Part shown: piece by piece, positions 26,871-39,118 of the stretch | Layout of the letters: each line of letters opens with the position of its first letter | How positions within the stretch are numbered: the stretch's first letter is position 1 | DNA from: Chrysomallon squamiferum | Lineage: Eukaryota; Animalia; Mollusca | Direction of reading: 5' to 3' | DNA length: 64,000 bases | Assembly: GCA_012295275.1 (NCBI GenBank) | Contig: CM022672.1 | Location: 5,022,001 to 5,086,000 of the forward strand | The notes under the pieces: model-generated | What the model saw: the letters and a program-made list of their open reading frames with translations, nothing else | What the model was told of the DNA's origin: nothing | Databases searched by the model: none | Translations under genes and position numbers: made by a program

Positions 26871-27380
26871 ATGTATGTATGTATGTATGTATGTATGTAT
26901 GTGTGTGTGTGTATGTATGTATGTGTGTGTATATATGTATGTATGTATGTGTGTGTATGTATGTATGTATGTATGTGTGTATGTATGTATCTATGTGTGT
27001 ATGTATGTATGTATGTATGTGTGTATGTATGTATGTATGTATGTGTGTATGTATGTATCTATGTGTGTATGTATGTATGTATATGTATGTATGTATGTAT
27101 GTGTGTGTGTATATGTATGTAGGTATGTATATATGTATGTATGTGTGCGTGTGTGCGTGTGTATGTATGTATGTATATGTGTGTATCGGTCTATAATTAT
27201 GTATGTATGTATGTATATGTATGTATGTGTGTATGTATGTATATGTATACGTATATGTATATGTATTTGTATATATGTGTGTGTGTGTGTGTGTGTTTGT
27301 GTGTATGTGTATACATATATTTACACGGTATATATGTTCGTTAATAAATGCACGTTATAAAGTATGTATGTATGTATGTA
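26661..27380. repeat. Long (TATG)n/(TG)n compound microsatellite
   Basis: Direct reading; source of the MYVC-repeat ORFs. Confidence 0.95.
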
Positions 27381-27721
27381 TCGTCTCTATTTGTAGTACC
27401 TTTGATGTTATGTCATCAGTTTCTAGCAGCCTTTGAAGTATCATCATCTATTTATGACTACCCACGTATCACGTCTATGTTTAGTGGTTTCTGAAGTGTC
27501 ATCTCTGTAGATCTGATCGTTCAAGTAGCATTATCTATATATAGCGAGTTGTCATAATGGAAGTTCTACTTATCAAGCTGTTGATAGTCTCAAAAGTGTA
27601 CGCAATTCAGTGTTTGTACGTCCAGGTCTAGGACTGTGTAGGATATTTATATCAAATAATTTTGTTATGTCTGTTTAGTTTATGTGCACCAATTCGGTAG
27701 TAGCATAATGTGTGTGCGTGC

Positions 27722-27767
<46 letters not shown>

Positions 27768-28408
27768 ACAGACGCTTTTCTGTTTGTACGGAAATATTTT
27801 ACTTTTTTGATGTTGTTTTTTGTTTGTTTTGTTTTATTCTTTCTTTCTTTCTATCTTTCTTTATTTTATTTTATTTTTTCATTTCATTTCATTTTTTTAT
27901 TATTATTATTTTTTTATTATTTTTTTTTTTTTTGTGTGTAGGATAGTTTATGTATTTGTGTGTACATTCATGTATTAATCCCGCTGGTTAAATACAACAA
28001 CAACAACAACCACAACAAAAATAACAACAGCGACAACAACAAAACAACAAAAAAAACTCTAACAATTCTTTCCTTCAATGATTTTTTATTAACAACAAGA
28101 AAAATACTGAAGATAATCTCATGTACGTTTTATTATTTTTCATTTTTTAAATATTATTCTTGTTAATACAAATATAACGAGGTTTACCCGGGAATAAACA
28201 GGTATAAACAACACAAAAAAAAAAAAACAGTCTATTTTTGGCAATGGCAAAATATCAAAGTAAAAATAACATATCTTCGTATGATATTACACACACATAC
28301 ATACGTACGTACATATATTATTTATAATACACAGGATTCACTGGTGAAGAAAGCACCCACTCAGGTAGTGTTATAATGATGCAAGGCGACAAAGTAACAC
28401 AAAGGTGT

Positions 28409-28442
<34 letters not shown>

Positions 28443-28503
28443 TGTGTGTGTGTTGCTACGTGACAGGTTCTATGATTCTCTGTTTTATATGGAGAAAGAG
28501 GCA

Positions 28504-29245
28504 TACACCGTTATATTTATCTGTGTACATTTCACAAATATACCGTTATATTTATCTGTGTACATTTCACAAATATACTGTTATATTTATCTGTGTACAT
28601 TGCACAAATATACCGTTATATTTATCTGTGTACATTGCACAAATATACCGTTATATTTATCTGTGTACATTTCACAAATATACCGTTATATTTATCTGTG
28701 TACATTTCACAAATACACCGTTATATTTATCTGTGTACATTTCACAAATATACCGTTATATTTATCTGTGTACATTTCATAAATATACCGTTATATTTAT
28801 CTGTGTACATTTCATAAATATACCGTTGTATTCATATGTGTATATTTCACAAATATACCGTTATATTCATCTGTGTACTTTTCACAAATATACCGTTATA
28901 TTCATCGGTGTACATTTCATAAATATACCTGTATACTCATATGTGTACATTTCACAAATATATTTGTATACTCATATGTGTACATTTCACAATGTACCTG
29001 TATACTCATATGTGTACATTTCACAAATATACCTGTATACTCATATGTGTACATTTCACAATATACCGTTATATTCATGTGTGTACATTTCATAAAAAAT
29101 ACCGTTATATTCATATGTGTACATTTCACAAATATACCTGTATACTCATGTATACATTTCATAAATATACCGTTATATTCATGTGTACATTACACAATAT
29201 ACCGTTATATTCATGTGTGTACATTTCACAAATCTACCGCTATAT
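28504..29245. repeat. 35-bp minisatellite, about 21 units
   Basis: Unit ACCGTTATATTTATCTGTGTACATTTCACAAATAT (starts at 28507, 28542, ...). Later units shift to ACCTGTATACTCATATGTGTACATTTCACAAATAT and some are shortened. Confidence 0.95.
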
Positions 29246-29324
29246 CTGCTTATGTTGTTAAAAAATAGTTATATTATTTTATATCACATCACTTTATTAA
29301 ATATATAACGTTACGTTACGTTGC

Positions 29325-29741
29325 ATTATATTATATTATTTATATTATATTATATTATATTATATTATATTATATTATATTATATTATATTATATTATAT
29401 TATTTTATTTTATTTTATTATATCACATTACATTATACTGGGCTTGTTTCCTTTTTTTGTTACATATTTACTTATTTTTTAGTTATTTTGATTGTATTAA
29501 AAACATAACAAAATGTAAAATGCTGCAGACCTACATACATTCGACTTATCTCAGATTAATTCAGTCAAGCCAGCTTGACTATCTGAATCAACTAAAATCA
29601 ATACAGTTTAGAAATTACTCCAATATGATGTGACCGGCCTTTTCCACATTCATTCCAAGCTACAGTAATAAAAATAACGCAGAAATCTACTTCGATATTT
29701 AAAATACATAACAAATGAAATAAATAAATAATATTATATGA

Positions 29742-29797
<56 letters not shown>

Positions 29798-30050
29798 TGA
29801 TAATAAAAATAATAATAATAGCAATGATAATAATAATAATAATAGAAATAATAATAATAATAGAAATGATAATATAAATAATAATAATAGCAATGATAAT
29901 AATAATAATAATAGAAATAATAATAATAATAGCAATTATAATAAAAATAATAATAATAATAATAATAGCAATAATAATAATAATAATATAATAGTTATAG
30001 TAGTAGTAGTAGTAGTAGTTATTGTTGTTGCTGTAGCAGCAGTAGCAGTA
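29325..30050. repeat. (ATATT)n at about 29325-29405 and degenerate (AAT)n/(TAG)n at about 29740-30050
   Basis: Direct reading. Confidence 0.9.
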
Positions 30051-30546
30051 TATAAATTTAAAAAGGAAGAAGAATAAAATTAAAATAAGAAAAAAAAAAA
30101 AAAAAAAACAAAATGAAAAGCACAAAAACCTTCATTATATCTTCAAAGATAACAATCAAACTGAGGTATTGTTGCAGTTAAGTCATTAACTGTTTCAATT
30201 AAGAAAAAAGGCGCCACTGATGTGAAATGAATAAGATTAAATAATCCTACAGTTCATTACTTCACACAAGTATAAAAAACATAACAGCACAAAATAGATT
30301 ATCTTCTCTCTTTCGTATCTACATATTTACATTTAATAATCGAAACTATATTACTTTCTCAAAACATAATTTTTCTCTAAAGTACACAATGAGAATTATA
30401 TAAATAAGATTCATTATTTTCAGTTTGGTCAACAAAATATATAATCGGGTAAGATTTGATAAATAAACTTCAACAAAATTCAAGATGAGATCTTAAATTG
30501 TAATTCTGTATATCACATCTTTGATAGTCTCAAATCAAACATTGTT

Positions 30547-31000
30547 TTGTATCTGTCTGTCTGTGTATGTATATATGTACATGTGTGTGTATGTATGTAT
30601 GTGTGTATGTATGTATGTCAATATGTATGTATACATATGTGTATGCATGTATGTATGTATGTATGCATGTATGTAAGTATGAATGTAAGTATGAATGAAC
30701 ATTGTATATACGTGTCTTTCTTTATAATGAGGCTGTTTATTTTGTGTATATGTGTGTGTTAATATATGTATGTATGTATGTGTCTGTGTGTATACACCTG
30801 TGTCGTTGTGTGTGTATGTGTGTATGTGTATATATATATATATACACACACACGCACATATATACACCCATACACACATACATACACCCATACACACACA
30901 TCCACACAAACACACACACACATCCACACAAACACACACACACACATCCACACAAACACACACACACACATATATACACACATATACACACATACACATA
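30547..31000. repeat. (TATG/TG)n-(TA)n-(CA/CATA)n fold-back compound microsatellite
   Basis: Direct reading. Confidence 0.85.
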
Positions 31001-31257
31001 TTCTCTTTCTCCCTCCAACTGACACTCATCCCCCCCTACAGAAAATCGTTTGATGAAATCCGTATAAATAATAACAGCAGAAACCATAACAATGACTTTG
31101 ACAGTAAGGATTTTCTGAACAGAATAAAATCCATTTTTTCCCTTTTTAATTTGTACCCTGCTCTTTGACAGAAAAGTAGCAGTCAGAGAATAGTTTTAAA
31201 TTTCAAATAAGCAAAAATATATCACTTGGTAGTGTTGTACAAATAAAACAGATTCCA

Positions 31258-31263
31258 TTTATT
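31258..31263 (-). terminator. Nearest canonical AATAAA downstream of the receptor stop codon (possible polyadenylation signal)
   Basis: First minus-strand AATAAA I find 3' of the TGA, about 860 nt away. Weak evidence in AT-rich DNA. Confidence 0.2.
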
Positions 31264-31317
31264 GATTTTTAAAAAAAATATATGTATGTTATACTGTCTA
31301 GTCACTTAGACTGTCAA

Positions 31318-31375
<58 letters not shown>

Positions 31376-32121
31376 GTAATAGTAATAATTAATAAATAAA
31401 CAAAAACAAACAAATAAATAAATATAAAATAAATAAATAAATAAATAAACAAGCAAATAAATAAATAAATGAATAAATAAATAAATAAATAAATAAAACG
31501 TAAGTGCTCTGACAATTTCGATGGTTTCTCGACGCCAAAAACTAAACGTGAATTTTCTTTACAAAATTAACATAAGCAACATAAAACAATAGAAAAGAAT
31601 CGTGTTTATGACAATGAAGAGTAATGTAGACAATGGCATGTAACAAGTAAATTCGTTGGAAATGGGGGAAAAAATAAAATAAACAACAAAAAGTTATCAC
31701 AGACGTCATAAGCTCACATCCTCGTTTCGTTATTGAGTTTAAAAAAAAAAAAAAAAAAACCTTCAACTTTGTGCGAATTACTCACAGCCCAAGAATACAA
31801 AAATATTTCTTGTACAAATATACCTCTATTTGTAAATCAGTCGCTAATTTGATATCTCTTGATAAATTACACTTTCAACGAGTTCAGACAAACAAGCTCA
31901 CTTGTTAAGTATGTTTTTTTTGTGTTTTTTTGTTTTTTTTATCAAACCATTTGTCACCATGTGCCAAAGTCCTCGAGAACATTCGCAACAAAACAGTATT
32001 TTTCTTTCTGGTTTCATTTCCTTCGGTGATTATTCAACATTTTAGAAAAACAAAAAAAAAATTTAAATTCCTGGAAGACTCCTCTTTTTTTTTTTTTTTT
32101 TAAAGATTACAGTTTTTTACC

Positions 32122-33807
32122 TCACAACGACACTTCTTGCTTCTTCTTGCAAGTCAATATTTTCTTGAACGCGCGTCTGAAGTCTTTGTTAAAGAAGGTG
32201 TAGATGATGGGGTTGAGCGCCGAGTTGCAGTAACCCAGCCACAGGACGATGCCGACGACGGCGGGGTGAAACTCGCAGCTGTCGCAGAGAGGGTCGATGA
32301 GGGCGACGAGGAAGAAGGGCAGCCAGCACACGATGAAGCAGCCCATGACGATGCTGAGAGTTTTGGCCGCGCGACGCTCCTGGTTCACGGAGATCCGCTT
32401 CTTGCGGTGACCGCCGTTGCTGGGAGCCGTCGCCGCGTGCATCGGGTAGCGAGACGCTTCGTCGCAAGAGACGTCGCGCTCCTCGCTGCTGCCGTCGCAG
32501 GGTATGGGGGGCGGCTGGAGGAACGTGACGCTCTTGCGGTACTGCTGGCCGACCCCAGCCGCGTCCTGGAACACGCGAGTCATCGAGTCCTTCCTGTCCG
32601 TCAGAACCGACATCCGCCTCAGCGACGTTCGTTTGTCCAGCATGCCGTCGTGGCCGAGGTCGGAGCTCGTCGTTGCTGAGGAGGACGTGGTGGCACTCGA
32701 CGAGTCCGTGCTGGGCAGGTTCGAAATCTGTCTGATGAGTTTCTTGGAGAAAGCGCTTCTCGGCGGTCCCGATATCGCTCGAGAAGACAGAGGAAACTTC
32801 TGAGTTCTCTGCGTGTCGCCGCACGAGTTGTACGACGGCAACGGCGGCACCTGCGACTCCTGCGAGGACGACGAGCTGTCTTTCTGGTGTTCGGTTATGT
32901 TGTCCAGCGCAGTCTGTTTGGAAGACGGACTCATTTCGTTCGACGTTTCCTGGAAAAGAACTTTGACGTTGACCTGATCGTTGCTGTGACGGTCGAGAAT
33001 CACTTTGCTGGAGCCGGGGCCACGGCGCCATTGTCTAGTCCTGCGATTAGTCACCCTGTATATTCGAATATAGGAAAACAACATAAACATGAGAGGGAAG
33101 TAAAAGGCACCAATAGTGGAATACAGCGTGTATCCTTTATCCTGTGATATTTGGCACTGTTTCGTGTCCTTCGGGATCTCGCCGCGCCAGCCCAGGAACG
33201 GAGGAAGGGCAATGCACAAAGCGTACACCCACACAACGAAAATGAGAATCGACGCCCTTTTCACGGTCCTCTTCTGGGCGTACCGCAACGGCTGCGTTAT
33301 GGCATTGAAGCGATCGTAACTGATCACGCACAAATTGGCAATACTCGCTGTACATCCTATAACATCCATCGAAACCCAGAAATCACAAACCTGGCGTCCC
33401 AGTATCCACTCTCCCGAAATCTGGTACACGAGAGCGATCGGCGTGACCAGCGTGCCGACCATGATGTCGCTGAGGGCCAAGTTGACGAGAAACGTGTTTC
33501 CAATCTTCCTCAGGCGCCTCTCCATCAGCACGGCCGCAATGACGAGGCTGTTCCCAGTCAGCGTGCAGATGATGATCGCCGCCCCGAATATCGCGATGGC
33601 AACGTTAGAGATGATAACCTCCACGCTGGACTGTGTCTCGTCGACGGTTCCATTGCTGCTCTGCCCTGAGATGGGAAAAGCTACAAGCATTGTATAGTTG
33701 AACCGGTTTTCTGGTCTCATGGCCCGCCGTTCAGTGACGCATCTGAAATCCGACGTTCGTTCAACATAACTTTTGATGTTCACTTTGAAACGTAAGAAAA
33801 GTCGCAT
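32122..33807 (-). CDS. Class A (rhodopsin-like) biogenic amine GPCR, 5-HT1-like serotonin receptor; single coding exon. 561 aa from the first ATG; about 532 aa if initiated at ATG 33720.
   Basis: Seven hydrophobic segments with canonical motifs: TM1 GNSLVI, TM2 LALSD, ECL1 W-x-LG-x-x-x-C, TM3 D3.32 (SMDVIGCTASI) and DRF, TM4 W and LPP, ECL2 Cys followed by ISQDKGYTLYSTIGAFYFP (S5.42/T5.43/A5.46, 5-HT1 pattern), TM6 ERRAAKTL..CWLPFFLVAL, TM7 WLGYCNSALNPIIY, helix 8 FRRAFKKIL. Long Ser/Thr-rich ICL3, short C-tail, N-terminal NYT and NGT sequons. GC content is far above the flanks. Confidence 0.96.
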   Translation of the reverse strand: MRLFLRFKVNIKSYVERTSDFRCVTERRAMRPENRFNYTMLVAFPISGQSSNGTVDETQSSVEVIISNVAIAIFGAAIIICTLTGNSLVIAAVLMERRLRKIGNTFLVNLALSDIMVGTLVTPIALVYQISGEWILGRQVCDFWVSMDVIGCTASIANLCVISYDRFNAITQPLRYAQKRTVKRASILIFVVWVYALCIALPPFLGWRGEIPKDTKQCQISQDKGYTLYSTIGAFYFPLMFMLFSYIRIYRVTNRRTRQWRRGPGSSKVILDRHSNDQVNVKVLFQETSNEMSPSSKQTALDNITEHQKDSSSSSQESQVPPLPSYNSCGDTQRTQKFPLSSRAISGPPRSAFSKKLIRQISNLPSTDSSSATTSSSATTSSDLGHDGMLDKRTSLRRMSVLTDRKDSMTRVFQDAAGVGQQYRKSVTFLQPPPIPCDGSSEERDVSCDEASRYPMHAATAPSNGGHRKKRISVNQERRAAKTLSIVMGCFIVCWLPFFLVALIDPLCDSCEFHPAVVGIVLWLGYCNSALNPIIYTFFNKDFRRAFKKILTCKKKQEVSL

Positions 33808-34069
33808 TAATAAATAGATTATCAGACTCCCACCGCACCTGTGACGTTCAATAGTAATTCAACTCCCTTCGAGTTACGCGGAAACTACTCGATTGCCATT
33901 TAAGGAAGACGGTTCACTGTGACAGTTCAGCCAATCGACGGTCTTCTTTCCTCCTCGATAGCTGTGTTTGAGCCTCGTTTGAGCAATGAAAATGAGCGGG
34001 TCTCCCGTAGGATATTAATATCTGGTCATTACAGGCTGGAAAATTGTAGCATTTCCATTTTGGGATAAA

Positions 34070-34100
34070 CTGAAAGAATAAGAAAAAAAAAACAATATAT
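34070..34100 (-). promoter_or_regulatory. Candidate 3' splice acceptor opening the coding exon (5' UTR part about 34069..33808)
   Basis: Minus strand reads ttgttttttttttcttattctttCAG|ttt (polypyrimidine tract plus CAG, intron's last base at 34070). Composition switches here from poly-A/T-rich to mixed sequence that continues into the CDS. Confidence 0.55.
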
Positions 34101-34764
34101 ATTAGATTTTTTTTTTTTTTTACTGTCGACGTCATTACGGTTTGATGTGGAAGTGTGATTAGTTATTGATGCAGATCAGATTTCTGTCTGATAAGAGACT
34201 AGAAAAAAAAAAAATAGAAAAGATATAAAATGAAAGACCATTATTCTGGATTTATTAAACCTTAAAAAGAAAAAAGATTTTTTTTTTTTTTTTAAATACT
34301 GAAATAGTTTGGATAGAATTGATAATTTAAAAAAAAAAAAACAATAGAAGCAATATGCATATATCAATTCTTTACAAAGGAGAAACTGTGGATATATATT
34401 AACTTTTAAAGATATTTAATTACATTATACTAACAGATACTTTATTTAATATCATTGAGATGCTTATTAATGTAGGTGTCAGGTCATTCATTAATCACTG
34501 TCATCGTGTGTTTGTATTTTTTGTTTTCGTTATTTTTCTTTTGTTTCTCGTACTTGTAGGCGTAAGCTACGACAGACGTAATTAACGCACAAAAACACGC
34601 CTCTGTCTGTTTGTCTGATCAGCTGTCGAGCTTTACATTACTTTATCAACTTTAATCTGTACATTTAATGGACGTCATTATATAAATTAGAATTAAATAT
34701 ATTAAAAATAAAAATAAAAAATGTATCCATTTAAGCTGTAGGTCTTTTATGGGAGGTTATTTTA

Positions 34765-34817
<53 letters not shown>

Positions 34818-34895
34818 ATTATTATTATTATTATCATCATCATTATTATCATCATCATAATCATCAGAATTATAATCAATTTCATTATCATTGTT

Positions 34896-34930
<35 letters not shown>

Positions 34931-35570
34931 TATTATTATTATTAATTTATATTTTTTTCTACTTTCCTTTTTCTTAAAGCATAATCATTTACATTGTAAT
35001 CAACACGTTTATCTCGATGTTTTAGACACTTGTTGATTTGCTAAAGTACGAAATCACTTTGTGAAAGAAATCACTTTCTGCACTCATTTCCTCTGCGAAA
35101 TAAACCCATCATTTAGCAAGTCAGTGCAATTAAAACTACACCCTCCCACAAGCCATCATCAACAGAGATAAAACATCGCCTCCAAACACACTAATATCTG
35201 TTGACCTTCTAAATGGCGTTGTTGTCGATGTTGCTTAACAAAAGCCATGCTATTCCAAAACCATCTGCTTTTTGTGGGAGGAAAGACTTTATAAATACTC
35301 AGCTTAATATTCACATTTTTAATTTTTTAAATTTTCTTTTTAAATTTTTTTAACTCTCTCTCACGGTAAATTTAATATTGTGAGATAAATGAAAATTATA
35401 ATATGTGAGAATATCGTGAGTTTAGATATGTGTTTATATGTGTTTATCAAAAAGATGATGACATTATAGTGACAAGGTTCAGTTAGTTATCTATATAATT
35501 TATTTACTGAAAATCCGCAATAGATAGGGTATACGCGACCATACAGAACTCACAGAAATTCACGCACACA

Positions 35571-35602
<32 letters not shown>

Positions 35603-36297
35603 AATATATATTAAAATAGCCAGTGTTTTAAATTTACCGGCGAAAATCACTTGTGAACAGTTACAAAGTAGAATAGAAGAATTATTAGTACATGAGATCG
35701 TTTCCCGTCACTAAAACACTGCGGACTGAAACAGCAACAAAAGGAACTCTAACGTGCACTGACCTAACGACTCCAGAACACAAACGCATTTTTCATCAAA
35801 CAAACTCGTGCTTCGATCTCTTTTCGCAATTTTCACTCACAGAACGCTCTCTAACGTCGTTTGTTTCAGAGCTAAAGAAATCTAATCAGGCAGAGATTCA
35901 TTAATAATCTACAGTTTTCCTTAATGAAAAATATATAAAATTTCCTAGCGTCTTCACAAATCTCTGCAAACAGAGGATAATTATGCGTGTCTTATCCTCG
36001 GTATTACCGTCTATTTCTGTGTGAATTAACTTTGTGTAATTACGTTCTGTCTTCAGCAAGCTGTAAAAACACTTTTTTTATTTATTGATAATACAGGCAA
36101 AAAAAAAAGAAGAAAAGAAACGGCAAAAGCTTTAACATTTTTTTCACCTTCTTTGACTTCTCAGCTGGCTGTGACGTCACTGTCGTCTTGGTTTATTAAA
36201 TATGTAGATATTTCGCGGCTATTTCAGAGTATTAATCAGACAGGTTTCTTTTAAAGTCAGAACAACAAGGACAAACACAAACAAAGAAAGGAAGACT

Positions 36298-36729
<432 letters not shown>

Positions 36730-39015
36730 ACTGATTCATGTTTCTCTTTTTTTTCTCGATCTATCTTACACTCAGAACCTACTTGTCCATGTTTACCTCG
36801 TACAGCTTTACCCAGTGTAATACAACTAACACAAACCACGCTGTCTCTCGAAACCGTGACAGGAAAACACCGAACGTTTTACAAAAATTCAATCTGATTC
36901 ATTTGAGCAAATCCATCTCATTGAGACATGCTGCGAAATACGCCAACATCAGATAAGAACAACTGAACTCAACTGACAGGACAGAAAGCGTCTAACGCAG
37001 GGGTCTTCTCCAACAGCCCAATATTTTTTAATTTTTTTTGTCTCTCTCCTGCCAAGTGTAGACGATAAATTGTCCTTGCAGATTTAGATATACAGCATGT
37101 TTCTGTGACCCAAGGCCATCATCATCTCACATCTTTCGTGTCACTCGATATTAAAGGGCAGCAATTTACTCACAATCTGCTGCTTGAAAGAAACGTTAAT
37201 CCCTGCACAGCCAGGCTCGACATTTTTATTGATGTTATATAACGACGATGCGCCAGAAAAGACCAATCCTGTTTCCAGGTGAATTAGAAGCTGCTTGTTT
37301 GTGCATAAACAGGGGAGACATCAGTTTTAACGAAATCAATGTTTAATGGGTTTTCTCTCCACGTAACGACTGCAATGTGTCAAAATCGTATCAGGATGAT
37401 AACGTACATTTCAATATTTTTTTTAGAAGAACAAGAAGACGAAGATGATGGTAACGAATGTAAGATGATGAAGACAATGGTGATGGTGATGATGATGATG
37501 CTGGTGCTGGAGAAGATGATGATAAAGAAGAACAATAACAAAAAAAAAAAAAAAAAAGAAGAATGAAGAAGAAATCGAAGATTAGCAAAGATTATATTGA
37601 GTAATAAAAATCTTTCAGAATTTCACCATGGTATATATTTATTTCAAAGCAAATGTTACTGGTCAAAAATACCAAGAAAGAAAATTCTGTATTCCTCATT
37701 ATATTCGGACAACTGAGATATTTCTAATGCTTAAATTTTAAGGCATTATTCAAAATAGAAATAATTTTAGTATTTTATCCACTTTGTAAATCACTGCAGT
37801 TTTTAAACTGGTGAACAGGAAGTCTGTGCTGTCATGTTGTTTTCTAGAATCTGAAGACTGTGTTATTTATCTTGCGTGTATGATTAATAATTGATCAGGA
37901 AGTCTGGAGTTTAACGAGAGGAAATTACAGTGTACGTTGTTACCAACAAGACAATGTGTTCCCGTCAAAAACATACGTAAATCTCGATCAACATCGATGT
38001 AGAATAGTTTTGAAAGAACAAACATGCAAAAATCGGTTCATGAACACAAAATGTATTCGTACGTATATACACACATACAAAGATGCATGCATGCACATAT
38101 TTGCATTCATACACTCAGATATACATAGATACATACATCTATCCATCCATCCACGCATACAAACATACATACATACATACATACATACATACATGCATAC
38201 ATAGATATATACATATACATACGTAACATATACATATATACATACAAACATAATTGTACACACACACAACTGAAAGTGGGTTTACGATAGGGAGGGATGT
38301 AAATAGACAAAATCAGATAGAGGCTTGGACAGAAAGACAGACAGACAGAATAACTGAACCATCTCGCTTCGGATTTTTTTTTTTTTTTTTTTTTTTTTGA
38401 TGTTGTTGTTGTTTTTCATATTCTTTTAACACAAAACTAACGTTGGTTTCACCCTATAATCGCAACAAAAAAAAAACCAAAAAAACTTTACGATGGAACA
38501 AACTCAAGATTTGTGTCACAACAAAGATTTCGTTTCCTGGTGAACAACAACGAGCGGGTAACGGCAGCAGGTTTTGTTCGCTCACACAGAGCTGAATTAC
38601 TTGTTGTCCTGGGACGGCGGCGCGTTGGTTTTAACGAGATCACGAAAGACAAATTTAACCAACCTCTGCGGCGTTGGCGCTGTTCGTCGCCGTTTGCTTG
38701 CGTCATCGATTGCGTGATCCAGACACGATGCAATGGCAGCGGCAGCAACCAGACTGGTCACGCAGTCTCCGTACTCCACCATCACCACGTATGTCCTCGA
38801 CACTCAGTGAAATTACTCCGCGATTAACTCGCTCGTAATAAACTCAACAGCTTTTTTCTATAACTGTTCTGTATTTTTTGTTACTGTTGTTGTTGTTGGT
38901 GATGATCATTATGACTGTAATGATGATGCAATGATATTGATTGTGCCGATGGTGTCAGTGATAGTAGCAGTGATGATGATAATGATGAAATTGTTTAACT
39001 GGATTTAATTATTTC

Positions 39016-39118
<103 letters not shown>

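Noticed and set aside
26599-27436. ORFs of 150-250 aa rich in MYVC/CVCV (also at 7-8 kb, 13.3, 17.5, 20.8, 30.5, 40.5, 44 and 63 kb)
   Set aside because: Translations of (TATG)n/(TG)n/(CATA)n/(GATA)n microsatellites that lack stop codons.
28376-29268. ORFs up to 239 aa with periodic Cys/His peptides; array superficially CRISPR-like
   Set aside because: The same peptide appears in all three frames because the 35-bp unit is not a multiple of 3. Units are contiguous with no unique spacers, there are no cas genes, and the context is eukaryotic.
32137-33697. Plus-strand ORFs of 86-180 aa antisense to the receptor
   Set aside because: Typical shadow ORFs of a GC-rich CDS; no recognisable product.
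33914-34135. 73-aa minus-strand ORF upstream of the receptor as an extra coding exon
   Set aside because: Begins in the poly-A/T tract upstream of the predicted acceptor and terminates before the CDS; no protein features.
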